From the IMG/VR virus record IMGVR_UViG_2695420792_000007: 9,373 bases of DNA. One strand, written 5' to 3'. Positions 6,599 to 9,373 of this stretch are shown piece after piece. Every line of letters begins with the position of its first letter. Position 1 is the stretch's first letter. A program made the position numbers and the translations under genes. Source of the DNA: a virus. Lineage: Duplodnaviria > Heunggongvirae > Uroviricota > Caudoviricetes. The notes below the pieces were generated by a model that searched no databases, was not told where the DNA came from, and saw only the letters and a list, made by a program, of their open reading frames with translations.

Positions 6599-6641
6599 AA
6601 AAAACCCATCAACCTTGAACCGAAATGGCGGGGTTGATGGG
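6599..6641 (-). terminator. Putative rho-independent terminator for leftward transcription (ybjL), or att-associated hairpin
   Basis: A 10-bp inverted repeat, CCCATCAACC (6605-6614) and GGTTGATGGG (6632-6641), encloses a 17-nt loop and is preceded on the plus strand by A6 (6599-6604), giving a U-tract after the stem on the minus strand. It lies about 110 nt downstream of the ybjL stop, so the assignment is uncertain. Confidence 0.4.
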
Positions 6642-6753
6642 CTCCACAAAATGGGGACATCAAAGAAAAGCAGTGGCACTAATTAAGACTGATGCCCTGC
6701 GGAAAAGTTCTGCGGTTGTGCAAAAAAATTTCATTTTCAGGGCAACTTCAGTT

Positions 6754-8439
6754 TTATCCTAATCCTGGCCATACCATGACGATGATTGTCCCTGCCAGCG
6801 TCAGCAGGACGTTGGCGATTGCATAGGTGCCCGCATAGCCCAGCGCCGGGATGTTACTGCGAGCTGTATCACTGATGATCTCCATTGCCGGCGCGCAGGT
6901 ACGTGCGCCCATCATTGCGCCGAACAACAGCGCGCGGTTCATTCGCAATACATAAGCACCGAACAAGAAACAGATAACCACGGGCACCAGACTGACAATC
7001 AATCCGGCAATCAACATCTGACCGCCAATCGCGCCCAGGCCGTTATTAATACCGCTACCGGCGCTCAGACCAACGCCTGCCATAAACACCATCAAGCCGA
7101 ACTCTTTCACCATGCTTAATGCACCCTGCGGAATGTAACCGAAGGTCGGGTGGTTAGCACGCATAAAGCCCAGCATAATTCCGGCGAATAACAACCCGGC
7201 AGCGTTCCCCATGCCGAAACTGAATGTGCTGAACTGGAAGGTGATCATCCCGATCATCAGCCCAATAACAAAGAAGGCGCAGAATGCCAGCAGGTCAGTG
7301 ACCTGGCTGTGAATCGAGATAAAGCCGATGCGATCGGCGATGGTTTTTACGCGGCGGGCATCGCCGCTGACTTGTAAAACGTCACCTTTGTTAAGCACGA
7401 CGTTGTCATCTATCGGCATCTCAATCTGGCTACGAATGACGCGGTTAAGGAAGCAACCGTGATCGGTCAACTTCAGTTGTGCGAGACGTTTACCTACAGC
7501 GTTATGGTTTTTAACGACCACTTCTTCAGTGACGATACGCATGTCGAGAAGGTCACGATCGAAAACTTCTTTACCGTTACGGAAGCTGGGATCGAGTCGG
7601 GCATGGGCGTCGGGATAGCCTACCAACGCTATTTCATCGCCCATTTGTAGCACGGCATCACCGTCTGGATTTGCCAGAATCCCGTTACGTCGAATACGTT
7701 CAATGTAGCAGCCGGTTTGTCGATAAATACCCAGTTCACGCAGATTTTTGCCGTCGGTCCAGGCCACCAGTTCCGGGCCGACGCGATAGGCGCGGATCAC
7801 CGGTAAATAAACCTTACGGTTGGCATCAGTGTCCAGGCCACGTTCGCGGGCGATTTGCTGGGCGCTGGTCTGTAAGTCCTGATGCTGCAATTTCGGCAAG
7901 TAACGCGCACCAACAATCAAACTCACCAGACCGATTAAATAGGTTAAGGCATACCCGAGGCTCAGATTATCCAGTGCCAGTGAGAGCTGCCTGCTTTCCA
8001 TGCCGGAATGACGCAGTGTATCGCCAGCACCGACCAGAACCGGTGTCGACGTCATAGAGCCTGCTAACATACCGGCCGTCAGGCCAATATCCCAGCCAAA
8101 CAGCTTACCTAACCCTAAGGCGATCACCAGCGCACTGCCAACCATCACCAGTGCTAACATTAGGTAATTTTTCCCATCGCGAAAAAAAATGGAAAAAAAG
8201 TTCGGTCCGGCTTCGACCCCGACGCAGAAAATAAACAGCATAAAGCCAAGATTAAGCGCATCGGTGTTAATGCTGAAATGTTGTTGGCCTAATAACAGCG
8301 ATACGACTAAAACGCCAATGGAATTACCCAGTTGGATCGAACCAAGTCGTAACTTTCCGAGACATAGCCCAAGCGCGAGGACCACAAATAATAACAGAAT
8401 GTAATTCCCATTTAACAATTCGGCGACGTTTATATTCAC
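6754..8439 (-). CDS. ybjL: Putative transport protein YbjL (AAE/YidE-family membrane transporter with central TrkA-C-like domains)
   Basis: 561-aa ORF from a GTG start ([24 protein letters not shown]...VMVWPGLG) with hydrophobic N- and C-terminal halves around a soluble central region. Sequence, length and the ybjL-ybjM-grxA neighbourhood match E. coli YbjL as recalled. Confidence 0.9.
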
Positions 8440-8708
8440 GGAGGCTAACTTCTTGTTTACTAGTAAGCTGTTGAAAGAAATGGTAATTTACGATAATGTT
8501 TTTTACCGGAATTCAGGGCGCAGATTCATTCAGCGCACCTAAACGATAGTAAAGCAACAATATATTTTACTAGTGTAATCACATTAGGTATCAACGGCTA
8601 TATGAATTGCGTTGGCCTATATTAGCATGGAATGCGAAGCGGCTTTATCTTACTGAACGCCACACTGGCGAAAAATGTGTTCGATAGACGCAGTGTCAGG
8701 AGGAACGA

Positions 8709-9086
8709 GTGAAACATAAACAACGTTGGGCGGGGGCAATCTGCTGTTTTGTCCTCTTCATTGTGGTGTGCCTTTTTCTGGCGACGCACATGAAAGGCGC
8801 TTTTCGGGCTGCCGGGCATCCTGAAATCGGCTTGCTATTTTTCATTCTTCCTGGAGCAGTCGCCAGCTTCTTTTCACAGCGTAGAGAAGTCCTGAAACCT
8901 CTGTTTGGCGCAATGCTGGCGGCACCCTGTTCGATGCTCATTATGCGGCTGTTTTTTTCACCGACGCGCTCATTCTGGCAAGAGCTGGCATGGTTACTAA
9001 GCGCGGTGTTCTGGTGTGCGCTGGGGGCACTGTGTTTCTTATTTATCAGTAGTTTGTTTAAACCACAGCACAGAAAAAATCAGTAA
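8709..9086 (+). CDS. ybjM: Inner membrane protein YbjM
   Basis: 125-aa hydrophobic protein MKHKQRWAGAICCFVLFIVVCLFL... from a GTG start, with AGGAGG at 8697-8702. It lies between ybjL and grxA, divergent from ybjL, as in the E. coli chromosome. Confidence 0.85.
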   Translation: MKHKQRWAGAICCFVLFIVVCLFLATHMKGAFRAAGHPEIGLLFFILPGAVASFFSQRREVLKPLFGAMLAAPCSMLIMRLFFSPTRSFWQELAWLLSAVFWCALGALCFLFISSLFKPQHRKNQ

Positions 9087-9106
9087 AGCCCTCAACGCGA
9101 GGGCTT
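9074..9106 (-). terminator. Putative rho-independent terminator of grxA, overlapping the ybjM stop codon
   Basis: An 8-bp stem, AAGCCCTC (9086-9093) and GAGGGCTT (9099-9106), with a 5-nt loop sits just downstream of the grxA stop on the minus strand and is followed there by a T-rich tract (complement of A6 at 9074-9079). ybjM and grxA are convergent, so the hairpin may serve both. Confidence 0.55.
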
Positions 9107-9115
9107 GTCAGACGA

Positions 9116-9373
9116 TCAGGCGTCCAGATTTTCTTTCACCCATGCAGCAAAATCGGTATAGCCGCCGATATGTTGCTGATCGACAAAAATCTGCGGCACG
9201 GTTTCTACGGGTTTACCTGCCTTTTGTTGTAGATCTTCTTTAGTGATCCCTTCCGCACGAATATCTACATACTGATACTGAAAATCATCGCGTTCATTGC
9301 TCAATTTCTCAGCCAGATCTTTTGCACGCACACAGTAAGGGCAACCCGAACGACCAAAAATAACGGTTTGCAT
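9116..9373 (-). CDS. grxA: Glutaredoxin 1
   Basis: 85-aa ORF MQTVIFGRSGCPYCVRAKDLAEKL...GGYTDFAAWVKENLDA with the CPYC active site, matching E. coli GrxA. The start codon is the last three bases of the window. Confidence 0.95.
   Translation of the reverse strand: MQTVIFGRSGCPYCVRAKDLAEKLSNERDDFQYQYVDIRAEGITKEDLQQKAGKPVETVPQIFVDQQHIGGYTDFAAWVKENLDA

Noticed and set aside
6519-6753. Possible tRNA or small RNA gene as integration target downstream of ogr
   Set aside because: I could not find cloverleaf-compatible pairing or conserved tRNA boxes (e.g. GTTCGAATC-like T-arm) by eye; the hairpin looks like a simple terminator or att structure.
7459-8404. Three plus-strand ORFs (63, 128 and 71 aa) inside ybjL
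   Set aside because: Antisense to a full-length conserved membrane transporter gene; no support.
8622-9243. Small ORFs overlapping ybjM and the ybjM-grxA spacer (8622-8819, 8696-8941, 9016-9243)
   Set aside because: They overlap ybjM on the opposite strand or run through the convergent terminator hairpin; no RBS or conservation signal.

Overview
This window covers the right end of a degraded P2-like prophage and the adjacent E. coli-type chromosomal genes ybjL, ybjM and grxA. Left to right: a silent minus-strand tail-fibre C-terminal cassette (1-318), a 26-bp hix/gix-like crossover site, a Gin/Hin/Pin-family serine DNA invertase, a TGT-N12-ACA late-promoter box and the first ~58 codons of a P2 FI-like tail sheath gene. 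This whole 970-bp unit (313-1282) recurs exactly at 1736-2705, but the second copy is preceded by a different tail-fibre C-terminal cassette and a truncated tail-fibre assembly gene. The second sheath copy is truncated after ~117 codons and runs into a 5'-truncated tape measure gene, followed by gpU-like, a short gpD-like gene and an intact ogr-like zinc-finger activator. About 235 bp of intergenic DNA then leads into ybjL (minus), ybjM (plus) and grxA (minus). The most unusual feature is that both orientation states of a tail-fibre inversion switch appear side by side as a direct duplication. No rRNA, tRNA or CRISPR array was seen. All homology calls are from reading the translations and recalled family knowledge; nothing was searched.
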